Assembly: GCF_001194135.2 (NCBI RefSeq)
Contig: NC_068981.1
Span: forward strand, 177,236,969-177,300,968
Reading direction: 5' to 3'
Length of the DNA: 64,000 nt
From: Octopus bimaculoides
Lineage: Eukaryota
Within the stretch, counting starts at the first letter, position 1. Each line of letters begins with the position of its first letter. Under the pieces are notes generated by a model. The model was not told the origin of the DNA. It worked only from the letters and a program-made list of their open reading frames with translations, and ran no database searches. Shown here in pieces: positions 51,575 to 62,870 of this stretch. The translations under genes were made by a program, and so were the position numbers.

Positions 51575-51815
51575 GCGTGGCCGCAAGGTTTAGTGGGAAG
51601 GGTATTGCACTCAAGATCGTAAGAGTGTAGTTTCGATTCCTGACGAGGCGGTGCGTTGTGTTCTAGAGCAAACATTGCATTTCACGCTGTTCGAGTTCAC
51701 TCAGCTGGCAAAAATAATCTTGCGACAGATCCCGTTCAGGAGGTGGAGAATATATACGCCACAGAATCCGGGAAACCGGCTTTATGAGTATGTGGCTCGG
51801 GAAGGAACTTTCATC
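51575..51815 (+). mobile_element. SINE head D + tail Y
   Basis: Same architecture as 33424-33665. Confidence 0.78.
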
Positions 51816-51817
51816 GT

Positions 51818-51849
<32 letters not shown>

Positions 51850-51868
51850 TGTATGTATCTGTGTGTGT

Positions 51869-52190
51869 GAAGGCGCGTGGCTTGGTGGTTAGGGCATTCG
51901 GCTCACGATCGTAAGGTCGTGAGTTCAATTCTCGGCGACGTGTTGTGTCCTTGAGCAAGACACTTTATTTCACGTTGCTCCAGTCCACTCATCTGGCAAA
52001 AATGAGTAGTACCTGTATTTCAAAGGGCCGGCCTTGTCACACTCTGTGTCACGCTGAATCTCCCTGAGAGCTACGAGAAGGGTACACGTGTCTGTGGAGT
52101 GCTCAGCCACTTGCACGTTAATTTCACGAGCAGCCTGTTCTGTTGATCGCATCAGCTGGGACCCTCGTCGTCGTAACCGACGGAGTGCTT
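51869..52190 (+). mobile_element. SINE head D + tail X
   Basis: GAAGGCGCGTGGCTTGGTGGTTAGG...GTGTCCTTGAGCAAGACACTTT...CCTTGTCACAC...GACGGAGTGC. Confidence 0.9.
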
Positions 52191-52216
52191 CTTTTTTTTT
52201 ATCGATATGTGTGTAT

Positions 52217-52770
52217 ACGAGGTCTGATGAATAAGTATCCTGACTGTTGCTATAGAAACAAAGCTAAAGCAAGCAAAGTGAAGCCGCTTGGAACGAATTG
52301 ACCTTGAACTCTGCTGTGCATGCGCACTAAGTTTTAGCGTTCTAGCTAACTTCCGCTGTTTACAGCAGTGCTTGGAAGGAAGGTGTGTAGCGTTTGATCG
52401 TCGCATTGACCATGACAGAGAAAGTTGTCTTGGCGATACCTGCTCAGAGTTCTATGCAAAGTTGCAAAATGTGTATGGAGAGGAGTGTATGAGCCGCACA
52501 CAAGTGTACGAGTGGTTCAGACGTTTTCAAGATGACCGAAAAAATGTCGATGTTGACGAACGTTCTGGGAGACACGCAACCAGCAAACTGAGAAAAACAT
52601 CGCAGATGTGCGGCAGCTGTGAGGGAAAATCGTCAAATCACTATCCGTGAGTTATCAGAGGATGTGCAAATTAGTTACGGTTCGGTTTAGTCCATTATCG
52701 CAGAAGATTTATGTATGAGACGCGTATCTGCCAAATTTGTACCAAAACTGCTTTCAGCTGACCAAACATT
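52217..52770 (+). mobile_element. Mariner 5' half (irritans/Hsmar2-like)
   Basis: TA + CGAGGTCTGATGAATAAG terminus. Encodes KLQNVYGEECMSRTQVYEWFRRFQD...DERSGR (HTH). Confidence 0.85.
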
Positions 52771-53419
52771 TACTTTTCTAAGGTTACTCACGACAGTAAT
52801 TATTTTTAAAACACACTGTCATCCTCACTACGCCTTAACGAATCAGTTCATAAAGACTAATGATTAAGTAGGATGGTTTATTGACGCAGGGATAAAAATT
52901 CGTAATATCAAATTCAGTTTTTAGCATAGATATTACGAAACCATTCTATGACTGATAACTTAATTGTGCTATAAATGAAGGTGGACTACTTCTCTAACTC
53001 TAAAAATAATAGGATCAAAGATTTTCTTACTGATTAAGTGTAAATCTGATTTTCACAATACTGATTAATCTACATTTAGGGTGGTTAGCAAAATTGCTTA
53101 AAAGATCCTTAAGCGTATTTTCGTTACCTGAATATTCTGGATAACATTTTTTATTTCATTCCTAAGATTTCGTTCAAAGATTAATGCCGTGAAACTAGGA
53201 GTCACGAAATCTGATATTTCAATATATAATATTTAATACATATATTTTTATACTTGACTTTCATTATCGAGTACCCCCTTAATTTCATTATTCTATGTAC
53301 TGAAGTATTTACGTAGACATCTACAGTTCCTGAACATAGAGTAGAGCACTATAATACGATGTATCTAAATAACTGAAAATAGAACAATATCTCTTAAGTT
53401 TTTTTTTTGCAAGAATATT

Positions 53420-54080
53420 ACAATTCGTTCAAGGAAACCATACTTAAAAGTTATATTTAAGAAAAGGAATTTAGTGAGAAGAATGAAATGACAAGTATAC
53501 TTCTTTGATGACCAGAAAACCAGGTATAGGTAGCGACACAGATACGGATTAAAGACATGCAGACACTTTCAAAAAACATCTGGAATTATTTGAAACGAAT
53601 TTATTTAATCTAATAAGAAAAGTCGGATTCCTGAGATTTGATAGCAAATTTCGGAGCTATTCAAAGAGTAACCTAAATTTTTTGACTAACCAAAATAAGA
53701 TGTGTGTTAATTCTGATAAAACCAAGAGTCTTTATAGTTTAGATAAAAATATTCATAAGAGATTATTGTCAAATAGTATCCATCAACATCTGTTAAAAAT
53801 CCGATGTTAATACATATAACTCTATTAATGTATAATCTAAGGAAGTTGCATCCGTACCCAAATAGAATACAAGGTAAAATCTTTGCCTTTCCCATCTACG
53901 TAATTTTTTTAGTTTTACCTCTACATCGAGGAACTAATAGTCTGAGTATACATAGTTTCTTATCTGAGAAACCACCAGAGTTTAAAAGCTTCGTTATAGA
54001 ATTTTGAAGCCTTAGTAAAAGATTTGAAGATAAACATAATATAGGTCTATAAACATTGGAGATTAAATTACAGAGAATAT
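53420..54080 (+). pseudogene. Degenerate Penelope-like RT, N-terminal part
   Basis: RKPYLK...RRMK*QVYFFD, YGLKT and KSLYSLDKNIHKRLLSNSI resemble the PLE RT N-terminus. Confidence 0.55.
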
Positions 54081-54235
54081 ATGAGGATGATTGGCCTGCT
54101 CGCCTAGTCAGCAGGTGGCTCATTCGAAAGCTAAAACAATGCGGAGTGCATTGTGACCAGCGATGTATAACAACATCTGATAGTCTGGTCGATACCGTAA
54201 TATGAAGGTGATTAGAACCCTTATTAATACTCTTT

Positions 54236-54475
54236 TACTTGTTTCAGTTATTTGACTGCGGCCATGCTGGAGCACCACCTTTAATCGAGCAAATCGACCC
54301 CAGGACTTCTTGTTTGTAAGCTTGTACTTATTCTATCGGTCTCTTTTGCCGAACCGCTAAGTTACGGGGACATAAACACACCAGCATCGGTTGTCAAGCG
54401 ACGTTAGGGGGACAGACACAGACACACATATATACACATATACATATATATATACGACGGGCTTCTTTCAGTTTC
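54236..54475 (-). mobile_element. SINE family A, 3' part
   Basis: Reverse complement of the family A body and tail. Confidence 0.9.
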
Positions 54476-55744
54476 CAAAAATAATTTTTCATTAAGATCA
54501 CAATCCCGAAAGAAATCAGCGCCCAAATTTAACGTTATATCTAGAAAATTAATTCTATTCACAAGAATAATTGACTAAAAAATAAAAGTAAAAAAAACAT
54601 TACGTTTATTAATTCGTTTTGCAAGATTCTTGATGTGAAACCGTGTGTTGAAACCGATATTGTTGTATTTCGGGACGGTCATTTTTTAAAAAAAATTTTG
54701 CTAAATAAATACACGCACTATATATTTTTTTCTTCACTCATTTATTACTGTTCTTATTTTATTATTTTAACATTATCTTCCCTAAATCTATCTATGCCAT
54801 GGCCATTCATATTTAGTAATAAAAAAAAAATGTTTTCACAATAAAGCTCCCCCTCCCCACATACACCATCTAACATCAGGAGCCGTTTATACAACAAATC
54901 TAAAGCATACAGAAAAGCATTTCCGCTGTCCTTTTGTAGACCAAGGACTAAATTGTTTAAAATGTCCTTTCGATTTCAAGGCGTTGAACATGTAATCTGA
55001 GGGAGATCTGGCTGCGATTCTATGCAATCACTAATAACTTTAATGACTGCATAGAACAGTGATGGCAAACATGAAATATCAACAATGACATGCCGTGATC
55101 TTCCAAAAAAATTCCCCGTGCAATATCGTAAGCATTTACTAAAACTAAAATACTAAATACATGCAAGTAACACTCTGGTAACAGAATTATTTGGGACAAT
55201 TCGATACGCTAGACGAAATAAGATGACCCTCGCTTATTCAGAGTATCCTCGTTGGTTCGACATAGTTCAAGCTTAATGAGGCTAAGAAATCTGGTAAGAG
55301 GGGAGTGGAGTGTTTCGACAAAAACTAGATGGTGCATTTCACGAATTTAAGTTTGTATGCAGTGAGGAGAAGAGGAGTATGTCATTTCGTCTGAGAGAGA
55401 GAGAGAGAGAGAGGGGGGGGAGATTGTTTAATTGTTCTCATATCATAAGTCGTAAACTTTATAGCCGAAGTGAGTTGCATTGGTGCATTCCTAGTTTACA
55501 CAACTCATTTTGAAATGTGGGTTGTGTGCAAGAGTTTGAATGTCTGTGCGTACCGGCGCACGCGCATGTGTGTGTGTGCGAGTGCATTTATATGTGTGTG
55601 AGTATATATACATATGCATATNNNNNNNNNNNNNNNNNNNNNNNNNNNNNNNNNNNNNNNNNNNNNNNNNNNNNNNNNNNNNNNNNNNNNNNNNNNNNNN
55701 NNNNNNNNNNNNNNNNNNNNNNNNNNNNNNNNNNNNNNNNNNNN

Positions 55745-56290
55745 ATATATTGCGTCATCCCATAAGTAATGCAGCGTTTTCAATTGCATGAACTAAAAGT
55801 CCGAGTAGGGCGGGATAAACTACATGCATCAACCTGCTGTAAAAGCAGGTAGTAATTTTACCTAACACTTATTCTTAGTGCAAGTTTTGAAGAGTGCAGT
55901 TCGATTTTAACAGTTATATTCTCAAAGCTATAATGGAAGTGACAAAGGAACATACTCGGCATATTTTGCTTTATGAGTTTAATAAAGGCAACAACGCAAA
56001 GGAAAGTGCAAGGAATATTAATGCAATATATGGGGATCGGACAATAAACGTAAGCCAGTGCCAACGGTGGTTCCAGAAATTCCGAGCCGGAAATTACAGC
56101 CTAAAAGACGAGTCTCGTCCTGAGAGGCCTGTAGAGCTCGACGAGGACGTCCTGCAAATCCTGGTGGAACAAAATCCCATCGTAACTGCTGAGGAACTAG
56201 CAGAGAAGCTTGGGTTTGGTCATTTAACCATTCATCAACACCTGCATGCCATCGGAAAAGTCAGCAAACTGGGTAAATGGGTTCCTCGCA
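55745..56290 (+). mobile_element. Mariner (Hsmar1/cecropia-like) 5' half with intact N-terminal transposase frame
   Basis: Terminus ATATTGCGTCATCCCATAAGTAATGC. MEVTKEHTRHILLYEFNKG...WFQKFRAGNYSLKDESRPERP...KLGKWVP, truncated at the WVPHEL motif. Confidence 0.9.
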
Positions 56291-56439
56291 AAGATCCTAA
56301 GTTTCCTCTGCCTAAGAAAAATTCCTACAACAATTATGCTAGTAAGTATATTTCGCCATTTCTCAGTCTTGCAGATGATTACTTGGTGAGAGATCGCATC
56401 AATCTCAGAATTACTTTTCTAACCTCCACTGTAACTCAC

Positions 56440-57150
56440 AGCTTGCTAGACAACGGCTTTTGTGTGCTGTAAAGTTTTATGTCCAGGTAATCTATCAAAC
56501 ATCTTTCTCCATTTCTGCTCTGTAGGTCAACCTTAAATAGATAACATGATGGACTATGGCTTTTGCATTTGTGAGCCCACCGTATAACAGAAAAGCTTAC
56601 AAGGCAGACAATACAATGCTGCATTCCAGAACTGAATGCAACACAATGACCGCTTTTGCTTTCACCATTTGGAGTTCTTACTTTCAGATATTAAAATTAT
56701 TTTTTCGGTAAAATCATTAAGGAAATTTTAATCGTATATTCCACGATTTTTTACTCGGGATAATTAATGAGTAAAGCCTAACACCAACACCATATGCTTT
56801 AGGTTTGCTTTCTGTTGAGTGATGACTCTTGCTACATTCTATGACATATTTCTGTCTGTGCGCCAGAGTTTTCTGGTCCGGCTGACATTCCATACTGATC
56901 TTTTATTTTACACATAATGTTGTGATCAAACTCTCTAGTGGTGCCAGTATCCCCTGGGCCTCGGCTAATTCACTGGATCCCTATACTGATTATCGCACTG
57001 CTATCCAACCTCAAATAAACCCTAATCGCCACCTTCTCCCTTTGTTGCTGAGTCTCTCGTTCACAAATATTTTGTGCAAGTCAGACGACATGTCAGAAAT
57101 TCTGGAAAGAATCTTTAAAAAATAACAAGTTGTTCAAAACCCACTAAACC
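56440..57150 (-). mobile_element. Degenerate piggyBac-like (PGBD) transposase
   Basis: IRWAHKCKSHSPSCYLFKVDL resembles PIRWGYKMW..S.SGYL..FDLY; upstream FFKDS...AIRVYL. Confidence 0.5.
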
Positions 57151-58289
57151 AATCTACTACTATTTTAGTGGGTTTTTGGTTGGAACTTTGGGCAAAAAAT
57201 TTTGGAACATAAAAGCTTCACATTTCCGAATTGTTACTTCTTTTGTTCATGATTTCTGACTATCTGTGAAGTTGTCTTGTTAGTATAAAAACTATAGGTA
57301 CTTCTGCATTTTCCATTTTCTGTACCAAACATTAGCTATTACACTAATAATGCATTGATTATAACTCAATAACATATTTATTTATTCTAAGAATGTATAT
57401 AGAAAAGAAAATAACAGCTTGTGCACAAAATGAATATTTGAGATTGAACTGGATGTGAGGATGAATTTTGATATTTAAATTCTTAGTAATTCTGATTTTT
57501 TTTTTTCTCCAAATATAAACTCATATAGTAATTTAGTAGAGTAATGCTATTATTACAAAGTATTATTATAATTCACCAAGTGCTATTTTTTAGAAATACA
57601 TTTAAAGAAAAATGAAGATTACTGAGAGATCTTTAACTATTGTTCAACACGACTGTAAAAATCAGGGAAAAGACTTATTTTTAGATTATCTACGAAAGAA
57701 CATAGCTATACTATAATTACTTGTTTCTTATCATTTCTGTAATACATTATGAAATTAAAATTAAAAATTTCTGTTTTGCTTAAATTTCATCGACATCCAC
57801 TTATGATTAACGATTTGGACGAGTCGCGAATTAATAGATGCAAGTAATTAATTTACAAAATTCAATTTTATTGTTTTAGTTGCGTGTAATTCAAATTAAA
57901 ACTTTTAATTAAAAACTCTAATACTGATACTGTTAATAAGATACTGAGAATAAGATATTGATAAGTGATAACAATAATACAAAACGATTCATTATTTTGA
58001 TACGAATTTTAACTTTGATGCTTAGTTTAATAGGAATATTATACTAGACCTATGTAGCGAAGTGTTAGTCAATACGCTGATCTGACAAGTTAAAATTTAG
58101 CTTACAAAATATCGTAAGCCATTATTGAAAGAAAGCGGGATTGCTAGAAAGGGATTAACCTAATATGCATGAGAATTGATGATTAAGCAATTACAAAAAT
58201 TTGTTTGCATTGAACATTGAAGACAGAAGTATATGGCAGCCGACATTAGTCCTGGCTACTCATCAATGAATATGAAATAACCCTTTCTA

Positions 58290-58428
58290 CTATAGGCACA
58301 AGGCCAGCATTTTTTATCGACCCTGAAAGGATGAAAGACAAAGAATTTGAAGTCAGAACGTAAGGACGGACGAAATGCCGCGAAGCATTTTGTCCGGCGT
58401 GCTAACGATTCTGCCAGCTCGCTGCATT
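58290..58428 (-). mobile_element. SINE family B, deleted
   Basis: Reverse-complement head and central domain. Confidence 0.82.
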
Positions 58429-58852
58429 AATGAATAAGAAATAAATAAGGAAACGGAAATAGTTTAGGCTATTTAAAGATGTTCGGCATCTTCTTCTTGG
58501 TCATGGTGTTTGGTTGCTAGGTTTTGGTACTACGTTAGATGATTGGTCATAGGGCTGGTGATGTCGATATCCTCCGTTCATATTGACGGTTGTAAGTAGA
58601 GAATTTTGCTTTAGAGTAAGTCTTATGGCTAGTAGCGTTGTCGGTCACGTCCGCTCTTTTTAACAGAGAAACCTAAAGCAGGCGACTTCTCTTTAGGCTT
58701 TTCATATAGTCGGCAGTACTGTTCATCGTTCGTTCTTTTTAGCAGATGTCAGCAGACGTTTTTATTAATCATATAACTGTGTTGACCATGACATGCGCTT
58801 CTTTTAACAAAATTTCAGGTTGTAGTAGAAAAAATTATGATTATTATTAATG

Positions 58853-58889
<37 letters not shown>

Positions 58890-58911
58890 ATTATTATTAT
58901 TTTCAAGTCGG

Positions 58912-59125
58912 TAAGCAGGCAGAATTGTTAGCGCGTCGGACAAAGTTCCTGGCGGCATTTCTTTCAGCTTTTTACGTTCTTAGTTTAAAATCCATCGAAG
59001 TTGACTTTGCCTTACTTCCTTTCGGGGTCAATAAAATAGTACCGGTTGAGCCCTGGTATCGATGTTATCGACTAATCCTCTTCCCCTAAGAATATTGCTG
59101 GCCTTGTGCCAAAATTTGAAAGAAT
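58912..59125 (+). mobile_element. SINE family B
   Basis: GGCAGAATTGTTAGCGCG...CCTTTCGGGGTCAATAAAATAGTACC...GCCTTGTGCCAAAATTTGAAA. Confidence 0.82.
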
Positions 59126-59349
59126 GATTATCAGTGTTTCTTTTTTCCTCCGGGGTAAATTCTGCAACTAGCTGTATCATCCATATCTCGATAAGAACGG
59201 GAAAGAACAAGAATAAATCATGTAGGAAAGAAAATTATATAAAACACATACACACGCACTTATAGACACACAGTAAGTGGCGTGTTAAAACTATTGATAT
59301 GTTTCGAGGCTCTCATGATTAAATGTAATGGGGTGGAATTATCTTGGTG

Positions 59350-59406
<57 letters not shown>

Positions 59407-60204
59407 TGCACTTCACTCGAATGTATGTGATGGGGGTGTTTTGTAAAGAAAAGTGAGAAGTGATGGGGGTGTTTTGTAAAGAAAAGCTAGAAGTAATGTT
59501 TCATGTGAAGCGTAACGCCTCTTGTCATAGAATAGATGCTTGGGGAGAGACTCAGTGGGTATTTTTATTGATTGAATGTGTGTGCCTGAGCGAAGTTAGC
59601 AAGGTAGTATAAATACCTGGTTTGGAGGAACGTTGTTTGATGGCAAGGACGCACGTGTGTGTGTGAGAGAGAGAAAGAGACAGAGACAGAGAGAGCAAGA
59701 GTGTGTGTGCATGCGCGCGCAATTTATGAAGCTCAGATACATATATATAATATATATATAAATATAATATGTGACAATTAGTTGGATGTCATAATAAAAC
59801 TCAAAGTTTCGGATGCCGGAGCTGAAGTCTGTTGCTTTATTCTCAGTATGATATGGCTAACACCAGCAAAGAGATGTCCACTTCTGGTGGTGCCTCTGCC
59901 GCCTTTATTTTAACCACCCTCCGTTTAAGGTATGTCAGAATTAGCCACAATTATTCACTTTTATGGGTCGCTGTTGGACATTCTTTGTTTTTGTTTTTTT
60001 TTCCAGCTGGGAACCTCACCTCTACTGTGCCAAAGCGTCTTCCGCGGGCGACGTTTTTATCCCCCTGACAGGCCGTTGGAATTTTCCAGCCTGGGCCTGT
60101 ATCGCTCGCTCCAGTCTCCTGGTTTTTTGTTGAAATAAATTTATAGATAATAGCTTGTTCCCTTTTTTTTTTCTCTCTCTCTCTCTCTCTCTAGTATCTT
60201 CCTG

Positions 60205-60290
60205 TATTTGAACTCAGAACATAGTGATAGACGAAATACTGCTAAGCATTTCGCCCGGCGTACTAACGATTCTGCCAGCTCACCGCCTAA
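60205..60290 (-). mobile_element. SINE family B head only
   Basis: TTTGAACTCAGAAC...GCTAAGCATTTCGCCCGGCG...GCCAGCTCACCGCC. Confidence 0.82.
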
Positions 60291-60293
60291 GTA

Positions 60294-60332
<39 letters not shown>

Positions 60333-61960
60333 TTTATAATCAGCTCCTCTTTCCACTTCATATAAGTAATAACCCTTACCTCTGTGGCCTTATATCCATC
60401 CTTGGCTCGCTACACCCCCATACAAGGTAATAAGCAAAAACTCAAGCAACGAAGCCACTGTGGCAATTATTTTTAATATCACGAGCGGTAATAATAGTAT
60501 GGTAGTGTTGGCAATGATAAATTTTGCTGATATGCGCAAAGCTTTGTGAAACTGGAATTAATTAATTAGAGGCACACTAAGCAGTGTTACATGAAATGCA
60601 GGTGTGTACAATTACATTTAACGAGTTCGTGTACACTCGTATATGAAAAGAGATAACGCTGCAGAAATAGTCTAGAGAGAAAAACGCTGCTTATAGATAA
60701 TATAGATAATATAGATAATATATGTGACAAACACACCGTTGAGCTATGACGTTAATCATAGTCTATCGGTGTCTCTTTTGACACATATGTCTATAAGAAG
60801 AATTTTTCTGTCAAGACAGTTTCTGCAGTGTTGTTCTACATTCGAGTGTACACAAACATGCTAAATATGACCGTGTGCGTGCGTGCATGGGTACAGACAC
60901 ATATACAAACACACGCGCACTGTCCACTTTTCTCCGTCATCAAAAGGATTTTGTAGTCGATACGTAAGAAAAAAAAAGTACTAATTATAGCTCTTACAAA
61001 GGTTTTTCAAGTTTTTCAATGCTTCAAGGTAACTAATGCACGCATGCGCGTGTGTGGCCATGTACTAATAAATAGCAACTGTATCAAGTGTGCCGAGTTA
61101 TTTTAATTCTATATTGTAAGATTATTTCTTCATCCATGAAGGTTTTGTATGGGTTCGCACATGCATGCACACATACGCGCGCGCGCACTCACACACATAC
61201 GTATTTACGGACAAATATATGCGAAACTCGGAGTCGTGTTAGTGAAATTTAAGCTTTCATTAAATTATATAAGAGTATGTGTGCATGTGCGCATTTTATG
61301 CAATAATTCTATGAAATTTCTATCAAATTTTTTAGTGAATATTTTGTCAAAAAGTATTTGAAATAACTAACAAATTTTGCCCATTTTGGTGTCAGAATTT
61401 GGCAAGATTAAATGATCTGTCCTTGGAAAGCTATTTTCTCAACATGAAACAGCAATTAAAAGGTATCATATTTTTCTTTGTTTAGTTAGATTATTTATTC
61501 CGCCTGGCAAGTAGGCTAAGGAGTCTGATCTTAAATATACGGTTATTCGTCATTGGAAGACAATCTAAGTAGTGAAAGAGTATCTAAAGCAGCTCGACAA
61601 TGCCTGTGCAATATTTATATTAAGAAGTTCTACACGGGAAGAAACAAGTCTGAGTATTTATTCCTTAAAGCACAAACTATAATGTCTTCCTTAGGTGCAA
61701 AGGTCGATGGTGTAATATATTGCCATGGGCAAGAAACGGTAAGCTGGGTCTGCAACATAATCAATTTTGATTCCGGGCTAATTAATTTTATTTCCGTTAC
61801 CTGTGGCTTAAAGAAGAAAAAAAAAACGGGGTCGGGTCATCTATAAATATGAAATTTTCTGCCTGAGAAGGAAAGCAATATTCTGAAAGTTGTTGGGTTA
61901 ACTTACTGAAGATCGCTTCCATTTCCTTAAAAATACCCTTCGCACTAAAAGTAATACGTA

Positions 61961-62240
61961 CTGGTGCAAAGCGCGCGGTGCATGTCGAGCGCCTTCGCGG
62001 GCGCCGACGCAGCCGATGCGCGACCCTTAGTCGAGAACAGTGTCGGTCGGGGAGTTTGACTGGGGCGGTACGTCTGTCAAACGGTAACGCAGGTGTCCCA
62101 AGGCGAGCTCAGCGTGAACGGAAACCACACGTCGAGCAAAAGGGCAAAAGCTCGCTCGATCTCGATTTTCAGTACGAATACGGATCGCGAAAGCGTGGCC
62201 CATCGATCCTTTCCGAATAACANNNNNNNNNNGCGACGTC

Positions 62241-62278
<38 letters not shown>

Positions 62279-62320
62279 CGAAGCAGAATTCGCAAAGCGT
62301 TGGATTGTTCACCCACTAAC

Positions 62321-62367
<47 letters not shown>

Positions 62368-62618
62368 TTCTACCGATGCATCGCGCGTACGCGGCGCCTC
62401 GAGTCGCGCGCGGTCGGGGGTTCGGTGCGTAGCGGCGCACTTCGGTGCGCTTCCGCAGCCGACGCTCTCACCCCGCGGCCTTAGGCGGGCGCCGGCAACG
62501 TCAACTCGGCTACGGCTATCCCGTCCAGTACGAGGAGAACCGCGGGATCAGAGCAACGGTTTGCGCGCTCGCTCGATAGAGCGGTGGTGCCAAGCTGCCT
62601 CTGAGCGATAACGGCTGA
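61961..62618 (+). pseudogene. 28S rRNA fragment (D10 through domain V, D11, sarcin-ricin region), dispersed retrocopy
   Basis: Eukaryotic LSU signatures GGGGAGTTTGACTGGGGCGGTAC and GATCCTTCGATGTCGGCTCTTCCTATCATTG...GTGAGCTGGGTTTAGACCGTCGTGAGACAGG. No 18S, 5.8S or spacer nearby. Flanked by direct repeats. Confidence 0.92.
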
Positions 62619-62721
62619 GTAATACATATTTAATTCAAGAGAGCATCAAAACGCCAAATAGGAATCATTATGCAGTGACGAAAAAACAATATTAATCATT
62701 AACTAATATTATATTAAATAT

Positions 62722-62870
62722 AAGGGCAGCGAGAATTCCGCCGTAGTCGACATTGCCTTTCATCAATCGGAGTCGATAAAATAAGTACCAGTTGAGTACA
62801 GGAATTTATGTAATCGACTTAACTCCTACTCCCAAACTTGCTGGCCTGGTGCCAAAATTTGAAACCAACA
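62722..62870 (+). mobile_element. SINE family B, 5'-truncated
   Basis: GCCTTTCATCAATCGGAGTCGATAAAATAAGTACCAG...GCCTGGTGCCAAAATTTGAAACC. Confidence 0.82.

Noticed and set aside
59428-59492. 33-bp tandem duplication (also ~40-bp duplication at 24140-24212)
   Set aside because: Simple two-copy slippage events with no further structure.
61961-62618. Bacterial contamination or a functional rDNA unit
   Set aside because: Signatures are eukaryotic, the fragment is only ~0.66 kb, and no 18S, 5.8S or spacer is adjacent.
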